DNA of 63,108 bases from an uncultured Spirochaetales bacterium (GCA_964594055.1 CAZQKT010000002.1:1-63108), one strand, 5' to 3'; shown: positions 50,699 through 60,266, counted from the first letter of the stretch. Notes: generated by a model from the sequence alone, not told the origin. Numbers and translations are program-made.

Positions 50699-51229
50699 AT
50701 GAGCAAAGGGCCGTTTTTTAAGCGTAAAAATTACGTTATAAACCGTACGTTTCAGTATGGTCTTATCTCAACGTTTCTTATTTCGGTACTCGCAGCACTG
50801 CTTCTGTTTTCCGCCGGTTTTACACTGTACTACTGGATTTCCTCTTCCGTAGGGGACAATCTTTTTAAAGAGTTTATCGTCATTCACAAACAGATAGAAA
50901 AAGAGCGTGAAGTTGTAAATGAGGAAGGCAAGACGGTAACTGAGACCTACAACGAACAGAAAATACTTCCTCCGGTTAAACGGATATATATTATTCTCCC
51001 CCCTCTTCTCATCAACAACCTTCTTATTATGATCGTCATAGCGTTGATTGGTATATTTTTCTCCCATAAAATAGCAGGACCCGCATACAGGATGATCACC
51101 GTTATTGACGAAGTTCTGAAAGGAGATATATCGGAGAGAGTCAGATTGAGAAAAAAGGACAAGTTGGCCGAACTTGCCGATAAAATCAACCTTCTTTTAG
51201 AAGAGTACGAGAGAGCAAAAAAAGAGTAA
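50699..51229 (+). CDS. two-TM membrane protein consisting essentially of a HAMP domain
   Basis: 176 aa. TM helices are at about aa 22-46 and 98-120. A HAMP-like segment follows (HKIAGPAYRMITVIDEVLKGDISERVRLRKKDKLAELADKINLLLEEY) and the protein then ends. GGAGGA RBS. Confidence 0.7.
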   Translation: MSKGPFFKRKNYVINRTFQYGLISTFLISVLAALLLFSAGFTLYYWISSSVGDNLFKEFIVIHKQIEKEREVVNEEGKTVTETYNEQKILPPVKRIYIILPPLLINNLLIMIVIALIGIFFSHKIAGPAYRMITVIDEVLKGDISERVRLRKKDKLAELADKINLLLEEYERAKKE

Positions 51230-51300
51230 TCCTTTATCCCGGCCCGCGCCCTGCCGATACAAGAAAATAAACAGTCCAGTATTGTCACAAGGAGAACAGA

Positions 51301-51756
51301 TTGAAAAACGTTATTCGCATCGCTATCATCCTCATGATGCTGCCGGTGGCTGTCGGTTTTTCCATTTCCGGAGATGCAGAGGATACCAATAATGACGGTG
51401 TTCCTGATCAATGGATAAGTGTTGATACGGAAAAAAATAGTACTACTGTAAAATCGGACCGGAATTATGACGGACGCATTGATTATCGGCTCGATTTTGA
51501 TGAGTTTGGGAAAAAACTCTACGAAGTGCTGGATTTCAATCATGATGGAAAGATGGATGATTTTTACTATTATTCCGAAGGGGGTGTGCTCGAGCGCCGG
51601 GAAATTGATTCAAACTTTGACGGTGAAATTGATATCTGGGTCTACATTCATAAAGGCGTGTATATTGAAAAATATGAACGCGATACCAATTTTGACGGCA
51701 CTGTTGATGTTATAAAAGATTTCAGTGAAGAAGAAAAGAAAGTAAAAACCGAGTGA
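51301..51756 (+). CDS. secreted protein with five DxNxDGxxD calcium-loop-like repeats
   Basis: TTG start 7 nt after AGGAG, with a signal peptide. Repeats: NNDGVPD, DRNYDGRID, DFNHDGKMD, DSNFDGEID, DTNFDGTVD, spaced about 22-25 aa apart. Confidence 0.7.
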   Translation: MKNVIRIAIILMMLPVAVGFSISGDAEDTNNDGVPDQWISVDTEKNSTTVKSDRNYDGRIDYRLDFDEFGKKLYEVLDFNHDGKMDDFYYYSEGGVLERREIDSNFDGEIDIWVYIHKGVYIEKYERDTNFDGTVDVIKDFSEEEKKVKTE

Positions 51757-51757
51757 A

Positions 51758-52483
51758 ATGTACATTACCGGGTACAAAGCGATACAAGAATACATCAATA
51801 AAAATGGAGCGAAAGCCGTACTGTATGCAGCGGATGTAGGCACTAAAGGAAAAGAGCTCGTAGAACGTGCTCAAAACGTCGGTTGTACTATTGTGCATGT
51901 ATCGGACCAAAAATTGAGTGCAATGGTCCCTGAATCAAAACACCGAGGGCTTGTTCTCGAGACAGAAAAACCGTCATCATCATCTACGAATTTACGAACA
52001 CTTCTCGAGACCATACGGGAACAAGAGAGAAGCCTGCTCATCCTGCTCGATTCATTACAGGACCCTCATAATCTCGGGGCCATAATAAGGACCTGCGATC
52101 AACTTGCAGTCGAGGGGGTCATACTACCTGAGCGCCGATCGGTGAAGGACAACCGGACTGTTGCCAGGGTTTCATCGGGGGCTGATGCATTCGTGCCGAT
52201 TGTAACAGTAGTCAACCTAACCAGAACGATCGAGGAGCTCAAAAAAGAGGGGTTCTGGGTATACGGGGCCGGTTTTGAGGGTGAGACAATCAGCAGTGTT
52301 GCCTTTCCTCAGAAAACCGCATTAGTTATGGGAAGTGAAGGGAAAGGGCTCCATAAACGGGCCGGAGAGGCGTGTGACCGGATAATTTCAATTCCCGCAT
52401 ACGGCCATGTCGATTCGTACAATGTTTCCGTTGCAGCCGGCATCCTGATGTATGAGATACGAAAACAACAAAAACTGTTTTGA
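51758..52483 (+). CDS. rlmB: SpoU/TrmH-family RNA 2'-O-methyltransferase (RlmB-like)
   Basis: 241 aa (LLDSLQDPHNLGAIIRTC, LVMGSEGKGL, IPAYGHVDSYNVSVAAGILMYE). Confidence 0.85.
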   Translation: MYITGYKAIQEYINKNGAKAVLYAADVGTKGKELVERAQNVGCTIVHVSDQKLSAMVPESKHRGLVLETEKPSSSSTNLRTLLETIREQERSLLILLDSLQDPHNLGAIIRTCDQLAVEGVILPERRSVKDNRTVARVSSGADAFVPIVTVVNLTRTIEELKKEGFWVYGAGFEGETISSVAFPQKTALVMGSEGKGLHKRAGEACDRIISIPAYGHVDSYNVSVAAGILMYEIRKQQKLF

Positions 52484-52499
52484 AACAGTGCTTATTGTT

Positions 52500-53762
52500 T
52501 TATGCTGGAAAAAAGAACTTGTTGCCGATGTCTTTTCTATACCAGGCACCGCCGAATTTGACCTCACGGGCTCCTTCATATGCGGTAATCTGGGCGTCGA
52601 GAAGATCTTCGTGAAGTCCTACTACGGTAAAACAGCGTCCGCCTTCGGTAACAATCGTGCCGTTTTTATCTCTTTGTGTAGAAGCGTGGAAAACAAGCAG
52701 TTTAGTATCTTTAAAAGGGGGGAGAAAGGACACCGGAACGGCTTTTTTATACGATTCCGGATACCCGTCTGCGGCAATAACAACACCCAATGCCGAGTTG
52801 TCCGAAAGCCGCAGTGGAAACCTGTCCAATTTTTCATGGGCCACCGCATCCATGAGGTTCCCAAAATCGGAATCGATAAGCGGAAGGAGGACCTGGGTTT
52901 CGGGGTCTCCGAACCGGACATTATACTCGAGGACCTTCGGGCCGTTTTCGGTAATCATCAGGCCGAAATAGAGGACCCCTTTGTAAGAAAGCCCTTCCTG
53001 CTTCATCCCCGCAAAAGTCTGCCCTACAATCATCTTTTCTATGTCTTCCATCATCGCTTTGGTCACCCCCGGTACGGGGCAAATGGAGCCCATCCCTCCC
53101 GTGTTTTTCCCGCTGTCGCCCTCTCCTGATTTCTTGAAATCAGCACAAGGGGGGAGGACGATGTGCTGTTTTCCATCGGTAATCGCGAAAACGGATATCT
53201 CATAGCCTTCGAGATACTCCTCGACAAGGAGGCTGTCATTTTTTAGGATTTCACGGCCGAATTGGGCAAGCACGTTTCTATCGGTGGATTCGAGAACTCC
53301 CTTTCCACCGGCAAGCCCGCTTTTTTTTATGACTACCGTATTACCGCCGCCGTTCTTTTCGAGATATGCCGAGAATGTCGGATAGTCGCTGAACTCCCGC
53401 GCCTCCGCTGTGGGGACACCGTTTCGGACCATAAACTGTTTAGCAAATGTTTTGCTCGATTCGAGTTGTGCAGCTTTCTTTCCGGGGCCGAAAACCGGAA
53501 CGTTCTCTTTTCTGATACAGTCGGCCAAGCCCGCGGCCAACGGTGCTTCAGGGCCGATAAAGACAAAATTGATCTGTTTCTCGGCTATGGTCCTGATCAC
53601 AGATTCTTCATCGGTTATATCGAGTTCGGGAATATTCTCTCCTAAATCGTCCGTACCCGCATTGCCGGGGGCGATAAACAGACCGGATATTCGTTTTGAT
53701 TTTGAGAATTTCCATGCTATCGTGTGTTCTCTCGCCCCTGAGCCGATTATAAGTGGTTTCAA
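52500..53762 (-). CDS. purD: phosphoribosylamine-glycine ligase
   Basis: 420 aa (MKPLIIGSGAREHTIAWK.., ATP-grasp, EYNVRFGDPETQ). Confidence 0.97.
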   Translation of the reverse strand: MKPLIIGSGAREHTIAWKFSKSKRISGLFIAPGNAGTDDLGENIPELDITDEESVIRTIAEKQINFVFIGPEAPLAAGLADCIRKENVPVFGPGKKAAQLESSKTFAKQFMVRNGVPTAEAREFSDYPTFSAYLEKNGGGNTVVIKKSGLAGGKGVLESTDRNVLAQFGREILKNDSLLVEEYLEGYEISVFAITDGKQHIVLPPCADFKKSGEGDSGKNTGGMGSICPVPGVTKAMMEDIEKMIVGQTFAGMKQEGLSYKGVLYFGLMITENGPKVLEYNVRFGDPETQVLLPLIDSDFGNLMDAVAHEKLDRFPLRLSDNSALGVVIAADGYPESYKKAVPVSFLPPFKDTKLLVFHASTQRDKNGTIVTEGGRCFTVVGLHEDLLDAQITAYEGAREVKFGGAWYRKDIGNKFFFPA

Positions 53763-53764
53763 TA

Positions 53765-54355
53765 TTACCTCCTACGATTAATCTCGCTTCTGTACGAAAC
53801 CGCTTCAAGTAGATTACAGACTACAATTGGATAGTAGATATGCTCCAGTGTATGGATTTTTTCTTCAATGTGCTCTTTTGTTTCAGTTCCATTTCTTCTA
53901 AATGATTTTTGCAGGATTATTGGACCCGTGTCCATACCGGTGTCGACTCGATGGATAGTTATTCCCAACTTTTTATCCTTTGAATTATAACTTTTGTCAA
54001 TACCATGGGCCCCGGGGTATTTCGGAAGAAGCGAGGGGTGAATGTTGATGATACGTTCTTTGTACGGTTCTAAAAGGGTGGGTGTGATCAGTTTCATGAA
54101 CCCGGCGAGAACGATGAGATCTACCTCATACCTGGATATAATGGAGAGGATCTCCTCTTCGGCTTCTTTCCGTGGACGGTTGCGGTATGAGACGACATGG
54201 TCCGGGATCCCCAAATTTCGCGCCCGCTCGACGGCACAGGCATTCGGATTGTCGCAGATGAGGCATACTACATGGTGCTCGGACTTCCCCACCTCTTCCG
54301 CTACGGCTTGAAAGTTGGAGCCGTTCCCCGATGCAAAAATAGCGCAATTAGCCAC
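53765..54355 (-). CDS. purN: phosphoribosylglycinamide formyltransferase
   Basis: 196 aa (FASGNGSNFQAV, INIHPSLLPKYPG, TIHRVDTGMDTGPII). Confidence 0.95.
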   Translation of the reverse strand: MANCAIFASGNGSNFQAVAEEVGKSEHHVVCLICDNPNACAVERARNLGIPDHVVSYRNRPRKEAEEEILSIISRYEVDLIVLAGFMKLITPTLLEPYKERIINIHPSLLPKYPGAHGIDKSYNSKDKKLGITIHRVDTGMDTGPIILQKSFRRNGTETKEHIEEKIHTLEHIYYPIVVCNLLEAVSYRSEINRRR

Positions 54356-55316
54356 GAAGGCATTCTCCGATCTTAAAAATCGATAGGCCTTGTGACGTGC
54401 ACTCTTCTATAATGGAATCGGCTTGTGCCCGGTCGACAATAATGGCGATTCCTACACCCATATTAAAGACGGCGCGCATTTCATCGTCTGAAATATTTCC
54501 CTGTTCTTGAATCGATGTGAAAATCTGCGGAACGGGCCAATCCCAGGTCAAGGTGAGTGTGACTGAATCGGGAAGGACCCGGTTTATATTCCCGTATAGC
54601 CCGCCTCCGGTTATATGGGCGGCCCCTTTCATTCCGGAGAGGGAGAGCAAATACTCGAGCTCCCGCCGGTATATTCTTGTAGGAGTGAGCAGGGTACGGA
54701 ACTGCTCGGGGTGTTCATCAAAGGGGAGGACTTTTCTTGCCAGGGTTAGCCCGTTGGAATGGATCCCGCTCGAAGGGAGGCCGAAAACAATATCTCCGGG
54801 ACCAATTTCTTCTTTCTTAGGGAGAACTCGGGATTTCTCCGCAACTCCGAGGCAAAAACCTGCCAAATCAATTGTGCCTTCTGCGTAGAGATCGGGCAGT
54901 TCGGCCGTCTCGCCTCCGGCAAGCGTACAGCCGGCCTGTTCACACCCTTCGACAATCCCGTGCATAACAGCTTCGAGCAGCTGTTCATCGAGCTTACCGC
55001 AGGCAATGTAATCTAAAAAACTGAGCGGCATCACATTGCAGACCAGCAGATCGTTTACACACATCGCAACCAGATCGATGCCGATCGTAGAGAAATCACC
55101 GAGCGCTGCTGCCACCAATAATTTCGTTCCCACCCCGTCGGTAGTAGAAAATACGACCGGATGGGTATAGGAAGAAGTGTCAATCTCCACTCCGCCGGAG
55201 AACCCGCCGAGAGAAGAAGAGACTGCAGAAGAAGAAAGATTTTTGATATACTCTACAAACCGGTCTCCCCGTTCGATATCGACACCGGCATCTCGGTACG
55301 TATTGATCTTATTCAT
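54348..55316 (-). CDS. purM: phosphoribosylformylglycinamidine cyclo-ligase (AIR synthetase)
   Basis: ATG 55316 forms an ATGA overlap with the purF stop and has GGGAG upstream. The product starts MNKINTYRDAGVDIERG. An alternative GTG at 55328 adds 4 codons. Confidence 0.94.
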   Translation of the reverse strand: MNKINTYRDAGVDIERGDRFVEYIKNLSSSAVSSSLGGFSGGVEIDTSSYTHPVVFSTTDGVGTKLLVAAALGDFSTIGIDLVAMCVNDLLVCNVMPLSFLDYIACGKLDEQLLEAVMHGIVEGCEQAGCTLAGGETAELPDLYAEGTIDLAGFCLGVAEKSRVLPKKEEIGPGDIVFGLPSSGIHSNGLTLARKVLPFDEHPEQFRTLLTPTRIYRRELEYLLSLSGMKGAAHITGGGLYGNINRVLPDSVTLTLTWDWPVPQIFTSIQEQGNISDDEMRAVFNMGVGIAIIVDRAQADSIIEECTSQGLSIFKIGECLRG

Positions 55317-56704
55317 ACCTGCTCCCACTGTGGATAGTGCCCGTTAAAACAAGCATAACAGTAATTTTGAGGATGTGAAACACAGGTGGCAAGCTTTTCG
55401 ATGGGAAGAAAACGAACTGAATCGGCACCGATCAATCGGGCAATCTCTTCCGGCGTTTTGTGGTTTGAAATGAGCTCTTCCCTCGTCGGTATATCTATGC
55501 CGTAGTAACAGGGGAACTTTAGTTCCGGACTGCTCAACCGTAAGTGGATCTCCTTTGCCCCTGCTTCGCGGAGCATCTTAACTAAAATGGAGCTGGTTGT
55601 GCCCCGCACGAGACTGTCGTCGATTACAACAACCCGTTTGCCGTTGATAGCGCTCCGTACCGGGTGCAGTTTCATCCGGACCGCCAGTTCCCGCTGTGCT
55701 GTGGTCGGAAGGATAAACGACCGTCCTGCATAGTGGTTTCTCGTCAAGGCCATCTCGAAGGGAAGCCCGGACCGTTTCGCATAGCCTAATGCAGCGATGT
55801 TTCCCGAATCCGGTATGGGGACAACGATATCACCGATCGATGTGTCTCCGTCGGCGATAGCTGCTCCCATTTTCTCTCTGGTTTGATGTACCGACTCTTC
55901 AAAAACAGAGGAGTCGGGGCGCGCAAAATAAATCAATTCGAAAATGCAGTGATGCTTCTTCTCCGCATGCGCAAACTGTTTTGTGTACGTTCCTCCTTTT
56001 TGACAGACCACCATTTCTCCCGGTTTGACCGGTCGATAGTTGTCAATTTTGAGGATATCGAGACCGCACGTTTCTGAAGCAAAAACAATAATCCCGTTTT
56101 TTTCTCCCCAGTACAGTGGTCTGAATCCTAACGGGTCCCGGACGGCTAAGAGGGAATCGTTGTGCAGCATACTGAGGCTGTATGCACCTTGGAGCTGGAG
56201 GAGTGTTTCGGTGAGGGAATCGTAGAAATTACTCTGTCTCGAGCGGGAAATGAGGTGGAGCATGAGCTCCGTGTCCGAGGTGCTCTGAAAGATCGATCCG
56301 TCTGAAAAAAGCCGTTCTTTCAATGTTGCTGTATTTGAAATGTTTCCGTTATGAGCGAGGGCGATCTCCCCTTTATTACAATCCGCAACGATCGGCTGTA
56401 CATTCTCTAAGTTGCTCGCCCCATAGGTTGAATATCGAACGTGCCCGATACCTGCCCGCGATTCTCTCGGTTTGTTGAGGTACTTGTGGAGCACCGACGA
56501 TACCATCCCTAAGTCTTTATAGGCCACCGTCTTTCCGTCTCTGCGATAGGCTATGCCCGCACTTTCCTGGCCGCGATGCTGTTGCGCGAAGAGAGCATAA
56601 AAAAGCATTTCGGGAATTGCAGCCGGATAAGGGGAAAAGATGCCCGCTACACCGCAGGAATGCGTAATCGCATCATTTGACAGTATCACATGTGTATATA
56701 TCAC
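55313..56704 (-). CDS. purF: amidophosphoribosyltransferase (with a short propeptide before the catalytic Cys)
   Basis: 463 aa. CGVAGIF follows 16 residues. PRTase motif VVVIDDSLVRGTT. C-terminal Cys residues are consistent with the Fe-S type. Confidence 0.96.
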   Translation of the reverse strand: MIYTHVILSNDAITHSCGVAGIFSPYPAAIPEMLFYALFAQQHRGQESAGIAYRRDGKTVAYKDLGMVSSVLHKYLNKPRESRAGIGHVRYSTYGASNLENVQPIVADCNKGEIALAHNGNISNTATLKERLFSDGSIFQSTSDTELMLHLISRSRQSNFYDSLTETLLQLQGAYSLSMLHNDSLLAVRDPLGFRPLYWGEKNGIIVFASETCGLDILKIDNYRPVKPGEMVVCQKGGTYTKQFAHAEKKHHCIFELIYFARPDSSVFEESVHQTREKMGAAIADGDTSIGDIVVPIPDSGNIAALGYAKRSGLPFEMALTRNHYAGRSFILPTTAQRELAVRMKLHPVRSAINGKRVVVIDDSLVRGTTSSILVKMLREAGAKEIHLRLSSPELKFPCYYGIDIPTREELISNHKTPEEIARLIGADSVRFLPIEKLATCVSHPQNYCYACFNGHYPQWEQV

Positions 56705-56732
56705 CAGGGGGAGAATAAGGTCAAGAGGGGTG

Positions 56733-58322
56733 CTACCTAACGGATTTTAGATAGGGAAGGGGATCGATAGGACGGTTATTTTCCCTGATTTCAAAATGGA
56801 CGTGGGGGCCTGTACTGAAACCGGAGTTGCCCGAATACGCAATGGGAGTGCCTTTCGTTACGTTCTGATCAATGGCTACCAGAATTTTACTGAGATGGCC
56901 ATATTTGGAAATGATGCCTTCGGGATGTTCGATGATGACGGTATGCCCGAATCGCCCTAGAAACCCGGTAAATACAACGTTCCCTGTTTGAAAGGCGTGG
57001 ACCGGTGTGCCTACAGGGACTGCCACATCGATACCGTAATGAAAAGCGCCCCATCGGGGCCCGAAAAAAGAACTGATCAATCCTTGGCCGGGAGGCAGAA
57101 AAGCGGAAGCTATGAGAATATCATCAGGGGTGCGCTGTGTTCCTCTTTTCAACACACCGGTCTGCGGAGGTTCGACGGTCCGCTCATTCATGATGGTTTC
57201 ACTGATGACTTTTCCGTTTATTGCGGTTATCGCGGAAGTGATCTCTTCAGTTCCGTTCTTGCCGGGCCGGATATGGACCAGTTCGGTACGGTAAAGGGAA
57301 TCATCCCAGATGATATGTATTCTGTAAGGGACGGCCTGCCGGTACGTATGCATATACTTTGATTTGATCGTAATAAAAGGTTTAGGGACGATGAGATTGA
57401 TCACATCTCCCGGAAATATCCTGGCTATATTGATATCAGGGTTCGCCTCTTCGATTTCACTCATGTTCAAACCGAATTTCCGGGCGATACCCCATATCGT
57501 ATCGTTTGGAACAACGGTATAGCTTTTTCGTTCGTGTGTGCCTTTCTTGATGTAATGGAGTGCATCCGATTCTGAGACGATTTCCTGTTTCGATACGATG
57601 GCAGGGATGATTTCAACATGTTCAACGATAACGATTTCCATGATGGAAATTGTACCGTCTTCGTCTGTTTTCGGCGTGTACTCTTCGAATATTGTTTTTA
57701 TTACCGACAATGCTTCTTCTTTCGAGTCGAGTGCGACCAGATTGGTGTTATCTGCCCGTATATACCACCCTTTTTTGTGCTCTTCGAGATATACCTTTAA
57801 GCTCTCCTGAATGCTCCCAGTAAAAAACGATGGATTCTCGAGGGAGGTTTCTTGAAACCGTACAAGATTCCAGAACAGAGAATCCTTGGTTATCCAGTAG
57901 TACTGTTGGTCCAAATTACGTGTAATTTGCCGAAACGCGTCCCTGTCCCGGACATATCCGAGTTTCCGGTCATCGATATAGACACGGTATCCTTCTATGG
58001 CGGCGGTCTGCTCTTGGGTATGAGGTTTGAGAGCCTGCAAAGAGTCGATCGGGGTGGCCATGATAATTGTCAAGAGGAGGATAATACTTGCCGTAAACGG
58101 TACATACATAAGCGAGGCGGAAAACGCTGATGATATTTTTAGGACCGTGCTGAAAATATTGATAACATGAGATTTTACCCGTGTGGTTAGGGCCCTCAAC
58201 TGGGCGGCAGCGGAATTGAAGACACATAGTACTTTCTGAAGAAGCGGATGCCCGGCAACTTTTCGAAAGCACGCTGTTACTAAGCTGTCAATTATGTGAC
58301 ACAATCTTTTTACAAAATTCAT
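56733..58322 (-). CDS. membrane-anchored LysM + M23-family peptidoglycan metallopeptidase
   Basis: 529 aa. TM (VPFTASIILLLTIIMA). LysM (YTVVPNDTIWGIARKFGLNMSEIEEANP). M23 motifs HYGIDVA..GHTVIIEH..GPHVHFEI. The start is uncertain. It ends 28 nt upstream of purF. Confidence 0.85.
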   Translation of the reverse strand: MNFVKRLCHIIDSLVTACFRKVAGHPLLQKVLCVFNSAAAQLRALTTRVKSHVINIFSTVLKISSAFSASLMYVPFTASIILLLTIIMATPIDSLQALKPHTQEQTAAIEGYRVYIDDRKLGYVRDRDAFRQITRNLDQQYYWITKDSLFWNLVRFQETSLENPSFFTGSIQESLKVYLEEHKKGWYIRADNTNLVALDSKEEALSVIKTIFEEYTPKTDEDGTISIMEIVIVEHVEIIPAIVSKQEIVSESDALHYIKKGTHERKSYTVVPNDTIWGIARKFGLNMSEIEEANPDINIARIFPGDVINLIVPKPFITIKSKYMHTYRQAVPYRIHIIWDDSLYRTELVHIRPGKNGTEEITSAITAINGKVISETIMNERTVEPPQTGVLKRGTQRTPDDILIASAFLPPGQGLISSFFGPRWGAFHYGIDVAVPVGTPVHAFQTGNVVFTGFLGRFGHTVIIEHPEGIISKYGHLSKILVAIDQNVTKGTPIAYSGNSGFSTGPHVHFEIRENNRPIDPLPYLKSVR

Positions 58323-58342
58323 ATCACGGCCTTAGAGTAGAA

Positions 58343-59383
58343 TTAACTCGAGGTAAAGTCAATATCAGAAATATATTCATCCGTTATTCTGATATAATCA
58401 TCGACTGTTTTTGCATGGACGATTAAATTTCGGAGTGCGGCACCTCCCGGAAGACCTTTGGTGTACGCACAGAATTGTTTTTTCATCTCTTTTACCGCTG
58501 TGCTCTCTCCCTCGTAATAACGTGCTTTGTGAAGATGCCGCAGGGCCGTCTCGAGCCGTTCCTTAATCGATGGAGGTCCGGCAGGAAGGTCCTCATTACC
58601 TTGTTCGAGGAGTAATGCTTTGGTTTGGGAAAATACAAACGGGTTTCCCACAGCGCCCCGGGCAAACATAATCCCGTCGCAGCCGGTGGTCCGCAGCATT
58701 CGGTGTGCATCTTCGGGACGGAAAAGGTCGCCCGATCCGATTACAGGGACTTTCACAAGCCGTTGTTTCAATTCTCCGATATAATCCCAACGAGCGGTAC
58801 CGCTGTACCCTTGGTTTTTTGTCCGCGGATGGAGGGTTATCAGAGAAGCGCCTGCTGCAGCTGCCTCATGGGCCGCTTCCCGGAACGTGATAGATTTTTC
58901 GTCCCATCCGGAGCGGAGTTTTACGCTAACGGAGCAGACTTTTTCTTTTTTTTCAATTGCTTTGCGTACTTCTGTAACAAGGCGGCCGATAAGAGAGGGG
59001 GTTTTCATCAGTGCTGCTCCAGCACCTGTTTTTATGACCTTCGGCACTGGGCAACCGCAATTGATATCGATGAGCACAGGAGCGTAGTCCAACGCTTTAC
59101 AGGAAGCTTCGTGCATCGTTTTGGGATCAGAACCAAAAAGCTGAATTGCATACAGCTTCTCGAGATCGGCCCGATGCATGAGCTTTACGGTTTCGCTGTT
59201 CCCTCGCACAACCCCTTCTGCCGAGACCATCTCTGTAAACGTGAAGTCGGCCCCCTGTTCTATGCAAATATCTCTAAAAGCTCTATCAGAACATCCGGCC
59301 AGCGGAGCGAGAAACAGGGTCCCCGGAATATATAAGGCTCCGGACGAAATTTGTTTCACCAGAGGTGGATTCGAGGGGTTCAC
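58343..59383 (-). CDS. dus: tRNA-dihydrouridine synthase
   Basis: 346 aa (LAPLAGCSDRAFR.., DINCGCPVPKV, HPRTKNQGYSG). Confidence 0.92.
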   Translation of the reverse strand: MNPSNPPLVKQISSGALYIPGTLFLAPLAGCSDRAFRDICIEQGADFTFTEMVSAEGVVRGNSETVKLMHRADLEKLYAIQLFGSDPKTMHEASCKALDYAPVLIDINCGCPVPKVIKTGAGAALMKTPSLIGRLVTEVRKAIEKKEKVCSVSVKLRSGWDEKSITFREAAHEAAAAGASLITLHPRTKNQGYSGTARWDYIGELKQRLVKVPVIGSGDLFRPEDAHRMLRTTGCDGIMFARGAVGNPFVFSQTKALLLEQGNEDLPAGPPSIKERLETALRHLHKARYYEGESTAVKEMKKQFCAYTKGLPGGAALRNLIVHAKTVDDYIRITDEYISDIDFTSS

Positions 59384-59386
59384 GTA

Positions 59387-60163
59387 TTATGAGATATCGA
59401 CTCCGAAAAAGGTGGCACTATTTTTAAAAAGCGCTTCCGCGACTTCCTCGAGAGGCTGTTCCCGTAATTCTGCAATAAACTCAGCTGATGAGGGAAGATA
59501 TGAGGGTCGGTTGCGCTTCCCTCTATAGGCGGATGGGACCATGAATGGACTTTCCGATTCGATGAGCATCCTCTCTAGAGGCATATTTTTTGCCGTTTCG
59601 TGTAGATTTCGGGCATTTCGGTAGGTAACATTACCTGCAAACGAGATGTAGAGGTTCAAATCGAGCGCTTTTTCCGCATATTCCCAATTTTCGGAATAAC
59701 AGTGAAGAACTCCGCCTTTTTCCGGCAATTTTTCAGCGAGGATTTCGAACACATCTTTACCTGCTTCCCGGTTATGAATAATGACCGGATACCCGAGTTT
59801 ATCGGCCAATTCGAGTTGACGGATAAAAAGTTCGATTTGAGAGTCCTTATTGCCGAATTTCCGATAGTAATCGAGACCGATCTCCCCAATGGCCACTACG
59901 CGGTCCAGTTTTGTCCCTTCTTCGATTTTTTCTTCCCAATTTTTCCCCGGATTCGAAACTTCTGAAGGAGAAACGCCGATACTATGAAAGACGTGGTGTG
60001 CAGTAGAAAGATTTTCGTGCACCTGAAAAAAGTCATGAAGGTTGTTACAAATACTTACAATATGTTCTACACCTGCTTGTTTCGCTTCTTGTACGATGAT
60101 CAATTGTTCAATAGGGTCTTCATTAATAAGACCGATGTGTGCGTGAGAATCAAAATATCGCAT
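59387..60163 (-). CDS. tatD: TatD-family metal-dependent hydrolase/DNase
   Basis: 258 aa (MRYFDSHAHIG.., AIGEIGLDYY, VIIHNREA, LHCYSE, ESESPF). Confidence 0.93.
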   Translation of the reverse strand: MRYFDSHAHIGLINEDPIEQLIIVQEAKQAGVEHIVSICNNLHDFFQVHENLSTAHHVFHSIGVSPSEVSNPGKNWEEKIEEGTKLDRVVAIGEIGLDYYRKFGNKDSQIELFIRQLELADKLGYPVIIHNREAGKDVFEILAEKLPEKGGVLHCYSENWEYAEKALDLNLYISFAGNVTYRNARNLHETAKNMPLERMLIESESPFMVPSAYRGKRNRPSYLPSSAEFIAELREQPLEEVAEALFKNSATFFGVDIS

Positions 60164-60266
60164 TTAATTTCCGTTATTGTCCGTTTATTATAAGAGATTT
60201 ATTACCATGCACTTATGGATATTCAAAACTACAATAACACGAACTCCAGCTCACGTCAATAATTAT

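Noticed and set aside
52474-52489. ACTGTTT-TG-AAACAGT inverted repeat at the convergent rlmB/purD junction, considered as a bidirectional terminator
   Set aside because: The nominal loop is only 2 nt, so the effective stem is about 5 bp. There is no flanking U/A tract of note. It is too weak to call.
52452-53129. 225-aa plus-strand ORF opposite purD, with similar antisense ORFs opposite dus (58625-59335), rplD (14885-15436), rpsC (17373-17957) and secY/L15 (22438-23079)
   Set aside because: Each is embedded antisense in a gene with unmistakable conserved motifs. Their translations have no recognisable motifs and odd composition. These are typical shadow ORFs.
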